A DNA stretch of 63,769 bases from Paraspadella gotoi. Taxonomy: Eukaryota > Animalia > Chaetognatha. The stretch covers positions 4,548,402 through 4,612,170 of the forward strand of contig CM119264.1 of NCBI GenBank assembly GCA_051294375.1, written 5' to 3'. This document shows, one piece after another, positions 50,260 through 63,488 of the stretch; the first letter of the stretch is position 1; each line of letters opens with the position of its first letter. The position numbers and the translations under genes are program-made. The notes under the pieces are model-generated. The model was not told where the DNA came from, searched no databases, and worked only from the letters and a program-made list of their open reading frames with translations.

Positions 50260-51087
50260 TTAGAGACGAAACTATTTTTGCGCTTCTGCTTCTACTTCAA
50301 CTTTTGCAGCGGAGTAAACTCTGATAGTGTCACGCTTCAAATTCTAATTCTCGTATACAATTTAATTTTATATAATTTAATTTAAAATTTACAATCCTCG
50401 TTTTCTTCCGTTTTGACGAAATCAAAACTGGGAAAATTTCGTAACCTTGACGACGAAAACGACCAAAACCGACTACCCCCGCACCCCCACCCTTCTTGGA
50501 CGTCAAAGGCTCGAGGCCCACGAGAGAGAAAGAAAAAAAAGGAAATGTATGACGAGAAACTAACGCGTTGCCATAGAACCGACGCATTTAAAAAAAAAGA
50601 ATCATAGAATTCCTGAGCCTTCGGAAAGGCTTGGGGGGGGACGACGAACTGGGGGGGGGACGACGAACGAGCGTCGAGCTGTAGTAATTTTTGTACCGAT
50701 TCATAGTCACACATTTTTTTTCTTTCTTTTTTAATTTTTTTTTTTTGCTTTCGTCCTTAGCTTGGTGGACTTTTCTTGGGGAATGATTATCGCCTGAGGT
50801 CGCCATTGACGATTCGCTCCTGATACGCGTCATAATTCGCAATCCTATGCAAAAATGAGAAATTGAAAGGAGAGAAACGCGGAGGAGGCTGCTCTCGATC
50901 CGCCGCAGCCCGACGCCGCGGCCCGACGCCGCAGCCGACGCCGCAGCCCGACGCCGCGATCGCAGCGATTTCTTTTTTTTTTCTTCTTTAATGTTTTCTA
51001 TCTTCTTTGCCTCCTCTTCCTTATTTTTTTCCTTTTTTCTATCTCTCTCCTTCTCACTCACAGTTTTTGCCTTCTTTTCCCCCCATT

Positions 51088-51156
<69 letters not shown>

Positions 51157-51742
51157 TCCTCCCAAACGAAAAAAAAGAGAGGAAACAACTTCTCAAGTTT
51201 CTTAATGCGAATTTCTCTTTATCTTTATCCGTTTCGACAAAACTCTCGTTATTTCTCATTTACATTCTCTATTCTTTTCTCCATCTTTCTTTCTTAGTCG
51301 CTTCTTCTCCCGTCTCTTCCTCCATCTCTTTCTCCATCTCTTCCTCCATCTCTTCCTCCGTCTCTTTCTCCATCTCTTCCTCCATCTCTTTCTCCATCTC
51401 TTCCTCCGTCTCTTCCTCCACCTATTCCTCTTCCTTCTTCAATTTTTCCTCTGTCTCTTCTTCCTTAATCTCTTTCTCTCTCTTCTCTTTCTCTTTTTCT
51501 TCTCTTCCTCTTTCCTTCTTTTTGCTCCTTTTCTCTTATCTTCCTTTTTCCTTTCTCTCTTTCATTACTTTTTATATTTTTTTTTCTTTTTTCTTCTCCT
51601 TTCTCATATCTTCCCCTTTTCCTCCCTCCTTTTTTTTCCTTTTTCTTCTTTCCCTTTTTTTCTTCCCCCCAACTTTCTTTCTATCCAACTCATTTCAAGT
51701 TTTTCCGCTTTCCGTCTTTGCATCTACGCGGCTCTTTTGTTC

Positions 51743-51817
<75 letters not shown>

Positions 51818-52858
51818 ACTCTCCACGGCGTAATATCAATGACGAACGCGCGTGTTGCTATTTCCTCCGCTTTTTTTTCTTTGTTTTCCTCTTTTTTTTT
51901 TTCCATTTATAAAATATTAGTGAATCGATTGGTCGGTCTGTCGGTCTGTCATTCCACCACTGCTCCTCGTTTTCTGTCTGCGGACCACGAGGAAGGGAGA
52001 GACACGGACAGACGGACCAAGGGATCATCAGACCTACTTACATCCGGACTCCGGAACTCGCGAGCCTCCAAAAGAAAGTTTGTGTTATGGATCTGTTATT
52101 GTTGGACATGAGGTTAAATTATATTTTATATAGTTTAAAATGCACGCTTGCTCTTTTGCTCTCTCGATGACTTTCTCCTTTCATTTGTCTTTCTATCTTT
52201 CTTTTTATCTTTCTCTATTGATCTATTGCTTATATATATATTATATTTTTAAACCGAGCCTGTTCTTATATAATAACTCATATAACTTATAAAACTTATG
52301 TATATTATACATTTTATGTATTCGTCTGTCCAGTAGATGTCACCTCAAACAAAAGACTCGCGACGCCATCTTGATTATTTCTCATGTTTCAATCACGAGA
52401 AAACCGATTCGCATTAAGCAAAGATTCATTGGACGGGGGCCGTTTGAATGCAATGCCAGACGACGACGACAACATAGACGACGACGACGACGAAGACGAC
52501 GACAACGACTAAGACGAAGACCAAGACTACGATGAGGTAGACGACGACGACGACAACGACGACGATAACCGCAAAGGACGAAAAACCCCAAAAGGCGACA
52601 TAACGAAGGACAACGACGCCGTTAAGAACGTAAACAACGCCGATTGAGCGACGCCGGTCCGTCGCCATGGCGATGGCAAATAACGACGCCGCCATCGACG
52701 ACGACGACGACAACGACGACGGCAGCGCCATCAACGGCGAAGAAGAACAAATGTTATCACAGCGATTGACCCCGTGAGTCTCGTTATGACGCGTACGACG
52801 CGGACTGCGATGCGTGAGACGTCGACTCGATGCCTCAATCTCCTTCCATTTTTTTGTC
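50260..52858. repeat. Segmental duplication copy 2 (pairs with 42061-45596)
   Basis: Collinear direct repeat; differences are mostly small indels and microsatellite lengths. Confidence 0.9.
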
Positions 52859-53083
52859 GTTGTTGTTGTTCTTGTCGTAATCCCAGTTGTCGTTCTAGTT
52901 GTTGTTGTTGTTGTTGTTGTAGTTGTTCTGGTTCTTATCGTTGTTGTTGTGGTTGTTTGTACGAGTGAGAATTCTTTGCGACGTCGACTCCATTAGAAGT
53001 ATAATATAACATTCTTTGAACATTCTTTGAAATATTTTCCACTTCATTGATAGGGAAGCCAGGTACTCTGGGAGTGAATAAAC

Positions 53084-53537
53084 GAGACTGTGAAAGAGTC
53101 TTGATTGAAAGCTTGCAGGGACCTGCTATGTCATTATCTTGTAAGAGTGATGGAGGCCTTAAACCACCAAAGCCTGTCCAAAGTCAGGGGCAAGATAGCT
53201 TATTTATTAAATGAATGGATAATTTTTATATTGGATGTACCAATTTCATAATATAGTATTTTAAAATATATAAATATCATGACTGAACATAAAAATATCA
53301 AAAGAATCTTAACAGATTAATGAAGTCTCTCATTACTTTAATTTACTTAATTATCTTTTTTTTTCGTTCATACAGCCTTCAGTAGCACATAAGGGATCGG
53401 TCCTTTTATACAATTAAAGCGAGACAGTGAGAGTCTTGATTAAAAACTCCTATGTCATTATCTTGTAAGAGTGATGGAGGCCTTAAACCATCATAGCATG
53501 TCAAGATAGCTTACTTATTAAAAGAATGGATAATTTG
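53084..53537. repeat. Two diverged copies of a ~120-140-bp interspersed repeat (53084-53225, 53421-53537), related to ~31238-31397
   Basis: The two copies share ctatgtcattatcttgtaagagtgatggaggccttaaacca and caagatagctta.ttattaaa.gaatggataattt; atgga.aatttttatattgg.tg.ac also occurs at ~31362. Confidence 0.65.
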
Positions 53538-54411
53538 ACTAAGAGACACAGACCGAGGGATAAACTGACAGACAAACAAATAGACTGATGCACAAGCCCG
53601 CTCAACGAATTATTTTCCGCAGGAAGAATTTCGCGGTGTCGACGAATCCTAACGATTAAATCATCGATCGCAAAACTGGAACTCGTCGCTATGACAACCA
53701 CGATAATCGGAAAACGACAGTTCAAAAATGACAAACAATAAAATCAACAACAAACAAAAAATGAATAAATAAGCGATTAAATAAAACAATTTAAAAAAAA
53801 TAAAAGATATTAATGATTATTAATAATTATAAAAATAACAATAAATAACAATAAATAACAATAAACAATTCGAATGAGATTCCCTCATCGACAAAGAGAG
53901 AGAGAAGAAAAAATCTGAGGCGAGAATTAATCGACTTCCGCCGGAATTTCCTCCTGACGCCCGCGATCACTTAAGTCCGCCTACTTCCTTTTTTTTTCCG
54001 ACTCCACTCGAGGCCTTCTTCAGATCCTACCGAGTCCGCCCCCTTTCCGTGTTTCTCTTGCTCCACTTTAGGCCTGCTTCAGCTCCTATTGAGACGAGAA
54101 CTCCTTCCGCTCTAATCAAGTTTGCCCCCTCCGTTTTTCCTGGCTCCACTAGAGAACTCTTTCGGCTCCTATCAAGTCCTCCATTATTATTGCCCCACTT
54201 ATGATGCTCCTCTCCAATTCTCGCCATTTCGTTCCTTCTTCTTCTTTGTACAACTCGCGCCACAAAATCACCTCACTTTGCATCAAAACTCCACGCCACT
54301 CTACGCCACAACTCACGCTACAATGCCATTTTCCTTCAGCGCGGTTTAATTCAAATTAAATCTTCAACACTTCCCTCGACGCCACACTCCGCCGCTCATC
54401 TCCGAACCAAG

Positions 54412-54505
54412 CCACACTTCCACCCTTCCCACACTCTCCCAACACTACCCCACACTTCCACCCTTCCCACACTCTCCCCACAGTACCCCAGACTTCCCTA
54501 ACCAC
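54412..54505. repeat. ~38-bp tandem repeat, ~2.5 copies
   Basis: ccacacttccacccttcccacactctccc.aca.tacc is repeated. Confidence 0.75.
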
Positions 54506-55634
54506 ACCCACGCGGCGGGCCGAGGCCTTCGTCCGGTTTTTCTCCCACGCAAATCAAATCTAACGAACCTCGAGCAAAGAAAAACAAAAAATTTCCTCAG
54601 AATCACTTCTTCTCTTTTTATTATTATTCTATTCTTTACTATTCTTTCTCTTCTTTCTATTCTTTATATTCATATCTCTTAATTTTCTTTTGTTTCTCTT
54701 ATTGCTACTACTTCTCTCTCTTTCTTTAATTTCTTCATATCTTTCTTTTCCGAGTCTCTTCTTTCTTCTTTTCTTTCTTTCTTTCTTTCTTTCTTTCTTT
54801 ACTTTCTTTTTCTTTTCTTTTCTTTCTTTCTTTTCTCTCTTCTTTTCTTTCTTATTTTTTATCTTTTTTCCGTTTCGTTTCTCTTCATTCTTTCTTCTTT
54901 CTCTTCTTTTCTTCTTACCTCTCCTTTCCTTACAAACTTTCTTCGCTTCCACGTTCCCTTTCCGGACTTATTTCAAGCTCCACCGACCGCCTTGCTTAAC
55001 TTCCAAATGTCCTTTCCCCTTCCCTTCCTTACCCCTCGCCCACCCCCTTCCCTTACCCCCACCCCTCCCCACCCCCCCGGCTTCCAGCCTTGGTAGATTC
55101 TCCGATTTGTTTTTCTTTTCTTTTTTTCTTTTCATGCCAAAAAAAAATCGGGAAACTCAGATGGACGAGGATGACGGTTGACGGACGCGAGTCTTTCTTG
55201 CTTTTTGTTTCTTTCGTGCGAAAATAAACAAACAAACAAACTTGGGTTATGAGTCATACGTAAATATTGAATTAATATACGATTGAGCTCTTGTTTTTTT
55301 TTTGTTTTTTTTTGACAATGTATCGAGATTTTCTTTTTCGTTAGATTTATAGAGAAAACATAGGTAAATTGTATGTCGTATGTTAACAAAGTCGTTGAAA
55401 GTATACTGAAGGTTATCATACAAAGTATATACAAATTTTTATTATCAATTTTCGTAATCATACTGTGCATTCAACCTAAATTTTTGTGTACGTACGGTCT
55501 AAGCGAACCTAGCCTAACCTTGCGGACTTTTATTCTTCGTCGTCGTCGTCGTCGTCGTCGTCTTCGCCATCCATATTGAAACAATAAAAGTCTCAACTTC
55601 TTCCAGCGGACAAGGAATGACAAGGTGTATGAGC

Positions 55635-55726
55635 GGAAGGGCGAAAGGAGTGGGAGAGCATGGCGAAGGGCAAATAGGAGATATCGGCATGGCGAAGGGC
55701 AAAAAGGAGATATCGGCATGGCGAAG
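55635..55726. repeat. 29-bp tandem repeat (GCATGGCGAAGGGCAAAAAGGAGATATCG), ~3 copies
   Basis: Directly visible; shares the core AAGGGCAAAAAGGAGAT with the short tandem at 29073-29135. Confidence 0.75.
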
Positions 55727-58511
55727 AAAATTGACTTGAACGTTTAGAATGTCTATTGACATGCGGAAGGGAAGGAAAAGATGTAACATGGTTAGAAAAG
55801 GAGCGAGTACGTTTAAGCAAGCACAAAAAATAACANNNNNNNNNNNNNNNNNNNNNNNNNNNNNNNNNNNNNNNNNNNNNNNNNNNNNNNNNNNNNNNNN
55901 NNNNNNNNNNNNNNNNNNNNNNNNNNNNNNNNNNNNNNNNNNNNNNNNNNNNNNNNNNNNNNNNNNNNNNNNNNNNNNNNNNNNNNNNNNNNNNNNNNNN
56001 NNNNNNNNNNNNNNNNNNNNNNNNNNNNNNNNNNNNNNNNNNNNNNNNNNNNNNNNNNNNNNNNNNNNCATCACAAACCGTCACGAGTTCGTACGAGTTG
56101 ACGTTGAAAGAGAAAATGGATGCTTTTGTCACGTTTTGTCACGTTCGTCTTTAGCCTTCTGTCACGTCTCACTCCTCTCTACTCTCTCTCTCTCTCTCAA
56201 GGGAAAACAGCGTCGTTGTTCGTTGCACTTTGGTATTACGCGTGGCTCGTTATCGTCNNNNNNNNNNNNNNNNNNNNNNNNNNNNNNNNNNNNNNNNNNN
56301 NNNNNNNNNNNNNNNNNNNNNNNNNNNNNNNNNNNNNNNNNNNNNNNNNNNNNNNNNNNNNNNNNNNNNNNNNNNNNNNNNNNNNNNNNNNNNNNNNNNN
56401 NNNNNNNNNNNNNNCGTCGTCGTCGTCTTCACTTATTCTTAATCATTTATCATCGAGATAAGATAAGGTTCTCTATGACTATGTTCTTTGTTTTGTACCG
56501 AAATCCTTGTCAGCAAGTTTTACCAAAAAAACCAGGGATTTTGAACTTCAAAATTTGAACCTCAAAGTTTAATAATTTCATAGTCTGTACTTTCAAGAAA
56601 TTACAGTTTTTGTGTTTTATGATCAAATTCGAACTTATGTACGAATCGTGAAGCATTTTTGTTCAAATTATTTTTCTTTTGTTTATTATATGGTTTTCAA
56701 AAAGAAAGATAGAAAAAAAAGACAGAAAGAAGAAAAGAAAAGAAAGAAAAGAAAAGAAGGAAAATAAATGAAAAAAGGCGCGAATTCTCGAGTGTTTTGG
56801 AGTCGACAGCTGGAGTCTTTCCCCAGGACAATGACGTCCTCCTTTTTTCTTTTCTTTTTTTTCGCCTTCTTTCCTCCTTTTCCTCCTTTTGTTTCTTTTC
56901 TTTTTTCTTCCTCTCAAATATTCCGAAGAGGCTCTCTCTCTTCTTTCATCTTCCGAATTCTTTTGTTTTTAAATAATTCATGTAGTTACTTTTTTTCGAT
57001 GCTTATAAGAGTTTTTGGTTATTCCTTGGGGAGACGAAAGATTAAAGATTAAACGTTTGAATATTTAATCTTTATAATTCATCAAATATGAAGACGCTAA
57101 AGATTTTATTGCGGCGTAAAAGATCGACGACCGTGTAATCAGACCATTTGGTTCTTTTGATCACCACGAAAACGTAGACGATGCCTCCGGGTTACGTTTT
57201 GAAAAAGAGTTCAATGGGTAAACTATCAAGTATCAGACACTATATCAGTATGTAGTACAAATTTAGTGAAATTTAGTTAAAAGTAATAAATTTTTTTACT
57301 GCTTTAGTTAATTATTGAAAGATTGAAAAGAGAAACTCAGATATTTATCAATTATGTTAGAAAATTTAACATTTTTTCTTTTCGTTTCTTGAATGGCTAT
57401 TAGTATTACTTTGTTTTTTTCATTAGTTAATTAAAAATTTATTTGTTCAGTTTCTTGGTTCCGAATCCTTAACCCTTTTTTCCCTTCGCCTTTTTTCTCT
57501 TTTTGTTTTCTACTGCGACTTTTGTTGGTGGCTTCTCTCGCAGATGGCGCTGAAAGGGGAAAGAAAGATTAGACAAGTGATCAGCCAGCAATTATCTTTG
57601 CCTCTGCCTCCATTTTTCTCTCATTCAACCTCCTTTGTCTTTCTCCCCTTTCTTTTGCCAAGTTTTAATTTTTTACCTGAATCGAGATACTTTTTTTTCT
57701 GAGCTTCTAGCTTCTAAATATAAATTCAATAAATAAAATAAATAAAATAAAATAAAATAAAATAAAAAATAAATGAATGTATGAATGAATGAATGAATGA
57801 ATGAATGAATGAATGAATAAAAAAAGAAAGGGGAGGGAAAGAAAGAAAGAAAGAAATTGACTAAAAATCCTCAGTCGACCATGAAAATTCTATAAACTTT
57901 TTCAAAAAAAAAACACTACTGCAACGGATTTTCTTTTTTGGAATTTCAACATTAGCTTAAAAACTTTTTGTTCAGCGATTAGAAGTTTAGTTTTGTATCA
58001 ATAATAAAAAATAAAAAGAACTTTAAAAATTTTACCTCCTTTCATTTTTTATGAGTCAGATATTTACTTTTTTTTAAATTTTAAGTATTTTTAAATTCAC
58101 AGATTTAGAAAGAAAATATCAAATGGATTTAACAAAGTATCGAATTTGACGTCCAAGATACAAAGATGTTTTGTTATAAACATGTTTTGTATTAAACAGC
58201 GGCTATAAATAATTCAATACAAATATATCAGAATATAAATCAGGAATAATTAATTAAATACTTATTTTCACTATGGAGAGACAGTGCATAAGAAATAAGT
58301 ATTAATTAAGCATTCTATTAGTGCATGTGATGACATTAAATTAAATCAGGAATACAAAACAGAGACCTTTAAAAAAGACTATTATTTAACTTTTTTGAAC
58401 CTAGAACCTAGAACATAGATACTCTGCCTTGAAATGTTACAAACTTACGCTGGACTAATTCATTTACCATTAATATTTAAAAATTGTACTTATTTGTTAC
58501 TATAAATTCAT

Positions 58512-60519
58512 TTAAACTTTGAATACATTTAAAAGTCTTTCACATTCATACACTAAATAATACTGTAAGGAGAAAAGAGAGAGAGTATAAAAAATAAATA
58601 CAAATAAGCAAAAATATTGGTGTTTGTTAATAATAGGCTTACTTACCAAACGATGTATGCCTTCAGAAAATACATCACCGTTTCGTTTAAGCCGCACCAA
58701 AAGCCAGAAATAGTATGATAATGAAGTTTATTATAGCAGTCAACGGTCAATNNNNNNNNNNNNNNNNNNNNNNNNNNNNNNNNNNNNNNNNNNNNNNNNN
58801 NNNNNNNNNNNNNNNNNNNNNNNNNNNNNNNNNNNNNNNNNNNNNNNNNNNNNNNNNNNNNNNNNNNNNNNNNNNNNNNNNNNNNNNNNNNNNNNNNNNN
58901 NNNNNNNNNNNNNNNNNNNNNNNNNNNNNNNNNNNNNNNNNNNNNNNNNNNNNNNNNNNNNNNNNNNNNNNNNNNNNNNNNNNNNNNNNNNNNNNNNNNN
59001 NNNNNNNNNNNNNNNNNNNNNNNNNNNNNNNNNNNNNNNNNNNNNNNNNNNNNNNNNNNNNNNNNNNNNNNNNNNNNNNNNNNNNNNNNNNNNNNNNNNN
59101 NNNNNNNNNNNNNNNNNNNNNNNNNNNNNNNNNNNNNNNNNNNNNNNNNNNNNNNNNNNNNNNNNNNNNNNNNNNNNNNNNNNNNNNNNNNNNNNNNNNN
59201 NNNNNNNNNNNNNNNNNNNNNNNNNNNNNNNNNNNNNNNNNNNNNNNNNNNNNNNNNNNNNNNNNNNNNNNNNNNNNNNNNNNNNNNNNNNNNNNNNNNN
59301 NNNNNNNNNNNNNNNNNNNNNNNNNNNNNNNNNNNNNNNNNNNNNNNNNNNNNNNNNNNNNNNNNNNNNNNNNNNNNNNNNNNNNNNNNNNNNNNNNNNN
59401 NNNNNNNNNNNNNNNNNNNNNNNNNNNNNNNNNNNNNNNNNNNNNNNNNNNNNNNNNNNNNNNNNNNNNNNNATTATAATAAGAACTATTGAAAAGCTGG
59501 GCTTGAAAAGCGAAATATTTCCCGAATACAAATGAAAAACATCTGGTTTTTTACCTTTTTTCTGTAGGCATCTTTCTTTAATGCCTCCTACTAATTTATT
59601 AAAAAGGTTAAATTTTTTCAGTAAATCGATATTTACTAACCCTTGATAGCTAATGCAAAACAATAATCTATTTACACGATGAAAGTTGATAATTGGCGCA
59701 TTGTGATTTTTTAAATGTCCCAAACCCCATGAAAATTCTTTGTAGTACATCAATTCATTGTATGCCAAACGATAACTAGTGATCTGTTCGTTTATGCCAT
59801 GAAAAAAGGAAAATAAACAAATAGTTAAAAATTGAGTTGTTATTAGTTGGATAATACAAGTTTTTTCTGATGATTTTAATTCTGTTTGACGCATTTTGAG
59901 AAATAAATTTTTAAGAATTTTCCATATCTCTTGCATCGTAAAAACACGAAATAAGAGTAATGGTGTTAAAGCTATAAACATGATATTCGTATTGTACACC
60001 TCTATGTATATCAAATATAGACCACATGATAAACCATAAATTCCTTGTATCACGCCAAAAAAGTCTGACATTGTTTTCATGCAAAGAGTGTAACTTTGAT
60101 ATTTGCGTTGTGGTTTTTCTTGATTATTTCTAAAATCTATTGCTGCCTTTGCCAAACTTAACATGGACAAAACTATTGAGACAAGCGTTCCAGGGTCATC
60201 GATTTTCCAACTACAAAAAATATTCATGTGATATTCTTTACCATAATTCTCATATGAAAAGTCATATACTTTACAGTCACAGCTAACACTTGTGTTATAT
60301 CCTCCATTAAGTAGCGACCACATTGTGTCTGAAAATATTTTATTTGACTTTTTTACTTTTAAAATATACATATTACGAGAAGAGCCACGGAAACTGACAC
60401 CAATGTAATAGTTGTAGCTTCTGTACTCAATGTGCTATCAATGAAATTTTTATTCAAGGTTGTTAGAGGGCAATAAAAATTTTTGTATCAGTTTCGGTGG
60501 CTCTCCAGGTAGTTTCAAG
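58512..60519 (-). CDS. XK/Xkr-related multipass membrane protein gene, copy 2 (partial; first exon not seen; N gap inside)
   Basis: 60371-59474 is open and highly similar to copy 1 (MWSLLNGGYNTSVSCDCK...SFFHGINEQ...PSFSIVLII), with no stop where copy 1 has TAA. It shares the C-terminus SLQYYLVYECERLLNVFKV-stop and the 3' flank (58149-58512 vs 34142-34380). Confidence 0.7.
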
Positions 60520-61290
60520 TTTTTAGTCGGATCTGCTTATCAGCAGATCCAGATCCCGACTCTAATAAATCGCTTTGTCGGTCCGCATCGGTCCGCCCTC
60601 AATAATTGTCGGCAGTCCACTTATTATGTAGAACACTCGAATTTATGATAACTATGCAAAAAAAACAAATGTCCGTTTCCGTCGTGCCGTGCCCAGTCCG
60701 TACCGTACCGTCCGTACCGTTCCGTGCCGTCGTCCGTCCGTCGTCCGTCGCCGCGTCCGTCCCGTCCGTCCCACCTTTAGCAAAAAACACCAATTATCGT
60801 GATTGGACTGGATGGATTGGAATGCAAATTTTGTGTGTGGGTAGGGAAGTGTGTCGACATAGAGCTGTATATGAAGTTCTCGATGGAATCGTGCGAGTGA
60901 GAATGAGTTTAAATGGAAAAAAAAATTAATGTCACTATTTGAACACCTAATTACTCAAAGAGTGGATGGGGCGATTGACTTGCATTTTGGGTACCCTCTT
61001 GGCGTAGGAAACTGTCCGTGATTGAGTGAAATCCCCAACGTCTTCGCATGCAATCGTTCCTGAGTGAAATGAGTTTAAATGGAAAAAACACAAAAAACCT
61101 GTTTCACTAATCTCTGCATATCCTGCCCTCCCCCTCTTCTTTCTTTCTATATTTAAACCTGTAAACCCGAACCGGACTGTACTTAAATAAATCCAAATCC
61201 CACCCCTACTTACTCAGCCTCTAATTAATGCAATTAGCCTCAATTAATTAATCAATAATCTAATTATTAGTCAATCAAGTCGTCCTTCGC
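60520..61290 (+). mobile_element. Helentron/DINE-like element, family B, abutting XK-like copy 2; 3' part noisy
   Basis: TTTTTAGTCGGATCTGCTTATCAGCAGATCC hairpin, (CCGT)n tract at ~60670-60770, and the same internal unit as 36880-37260. Confidence 0.75.
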
Positions 61291-62407
61291 GTCCATCTTA
61301 AGCAAAAAGCTCCAATAACTCTGCGAGTTGGTCTGGTTGGATTGAAATGAAATATGTGGGTGGGTAGGACAGTGAGATGAAGCTGGATATTACAAGTCTT
61401 CGCCCATGGAATCCAGTCCTCGAGCTGCGACAATCGAGTTCTTAATGGAAAAAAAACACATAACGTTGGCAACTCCTAACTAAAAATATTCTCTTATTAC
61501 TTCTTCACCAATAAATACTCCATTTAATCATAATTGGATGGATATTCTCCTGAGCTTCAAAATCTCTTCTCGCCTCCGTGTGGGTTAAGGAAAAGGTGTG
61601 TGACGAAGCTTGATTACAGAAGTTCGGTCGCGAACACCGCGTCACCGAGTGGACAATCTCATTCAAAACTTAACAAACAAAAATACTGAGTCAACATGTT
61701 ACTTGAATTTTAAATCAAAACACTACAATACCCAACTACGTTCACCAATCCTATACGATCCTGGCCACAAAACTTTCCAATTGTTAAACCATCTCGTAAC
61801 CCTTTTTTCTGTCCATCTTCCTGCTCTCCTTTCTTTCTTCTTTCCTTCTTCCTTCTCTCTTTTTTCCTTTTTTTTATTTTCTTTCTTTTATTTACTTAAT
61901 TACTACTACTACTAATTTTTCTTCAGTCTCTCTCATCTCTGTCTGTTCTCTCTCTGTGTGCGTCTGTCTCTCTCTGTACGATGTCTTGCGATGATCGTTG
62001 CGTTTTTGAAAAATTCCTGATTATTTTTTTCTTTCTAAAAAAAATATATATTTGATCAGGCGCTGGCCCTTATTCTGAAATCGCTTAAAAACGAGTTCAG
62101 GCTCTCTACATCTCTCTCTCCCCTCCGTCTCCTCTGTCTCCCTTCGCCTTTCCTCTCTCTCTCGTCTCCTCCTCTAATCGTCGTCTCTGCCTCATCTTTT
62201 TAAAAAAAAAAAACAAATTTATTCACTTTTTTTCAAACCACCGTCACAAGGCGACGCAGCTCAACGAGTCTCGCGCCTCTCTTCTCCTACTCCTCTCTCT
62301 CATCTTTCTCCCTCTATCCTGCATCTCTTTCTCTCCTCCTCTCTTCCTCTCCCGCCTCTTCTCTCATCCATATGTCTGTCGTCTTCTCTCTCCTCCTCTG
62401 TTCTCGC

Positions 62408-62438
<31 letters not shown>

Positions 62439-62859
62439 ATCTTTTGTTTTACAAAAATAATTTTTAGCTTACTCTTTTTCAACCACCGTCACAAAGGAGC
62501 GACTGAAGGTAGAACGATGTAAACGAGAGTTCCTACGCGGGCTCTCTCCGTCTCTTCTACTCTTCTTGAATGTGTCTCGATATCCCTACTACTCCTCATC
62601 GCACCCCCCTCCTTTACCTCTCGTCGTCTCCCCTTCTCCTCTCCTTCTCTCAGTCTCTCCGTTCTAGACTCCGCACACACCGCGTCCCCGCCCTGCTCTT
62701 CTCCTCGTTGCCCCCTCTGTCCCTCCTCCCTCACCCCCCCCCACACCTCTTTTCTCTGCCTCTCCATCTTTTTTTACCAGCACTTCTTTCTTCTTTCCAA
62801 CCTCCCACGCCCCTGCCCCTCAGGCCCCGCCCCCCCCGACGAAGTAAATGAAGAGTAAT

Positions 62860-63456
62860 AACCGAGTAAAAGACGAAGTCCGCGCTCTGGGAGCGTTCTA
62901 TGTTCAGCTCCTCTATATCTTATTTCTGACTTTCCTGCTCTTCCTCTCTCTCTGCGCCTCTCGCTCTACTGTAACGATCGGACGTTTTTTTGACAAAAAT
63001 TTTATTATTTCTTCCTTCTACAAAAACTTTAATTTTTTTCTTCTAAAACAAAATCGCCCGCAATACTAAAAATATATAGCATATAAAAAAATCAAACAAT
63101 CTAAATTTCATTCAGAGTTAAAGTAAACAAAAATATGTTGACACGCAACCCCCCACAATACCCCTTATAGTCGTTAACTGATTATTAGTCAACGTATATA
63201 TTATTGTTAATAGAGATTATAGATTTTTTTTTGACGCGCTATTTATTGAAAATAGTTTAGCTTTATAGCGACGAGACTAAAGTCTTAATGTCAATTGAAA
63301 AAAAATAGAAAAGTTTTAACAATTGATGCCTTAGTCACACTTCTAAAAGAGACAAGTTTTATTTTTATCGACCGTCCACTTTTTTTCTTAAATAAGCAAA
63401 ATCCCAAATTGTTTTCCGAGATTTGCGAGGTNNNNNNNNNNNNNNNNNNNNNNNNN

Positions 63457-63488
<32 letters not shown>

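Noticed and set aside
58740-60371. 543-aa ORF taken at face value, and an apparent ~900-bp deletion in XK copy 2
   Set aside because: About 240 residues are N. The noisy 58590-58751 matches copy 1 sequence that directly adjoins 59474, so the gap and its fill are probably misplaced; neither the length nor the deletion can be trusted.
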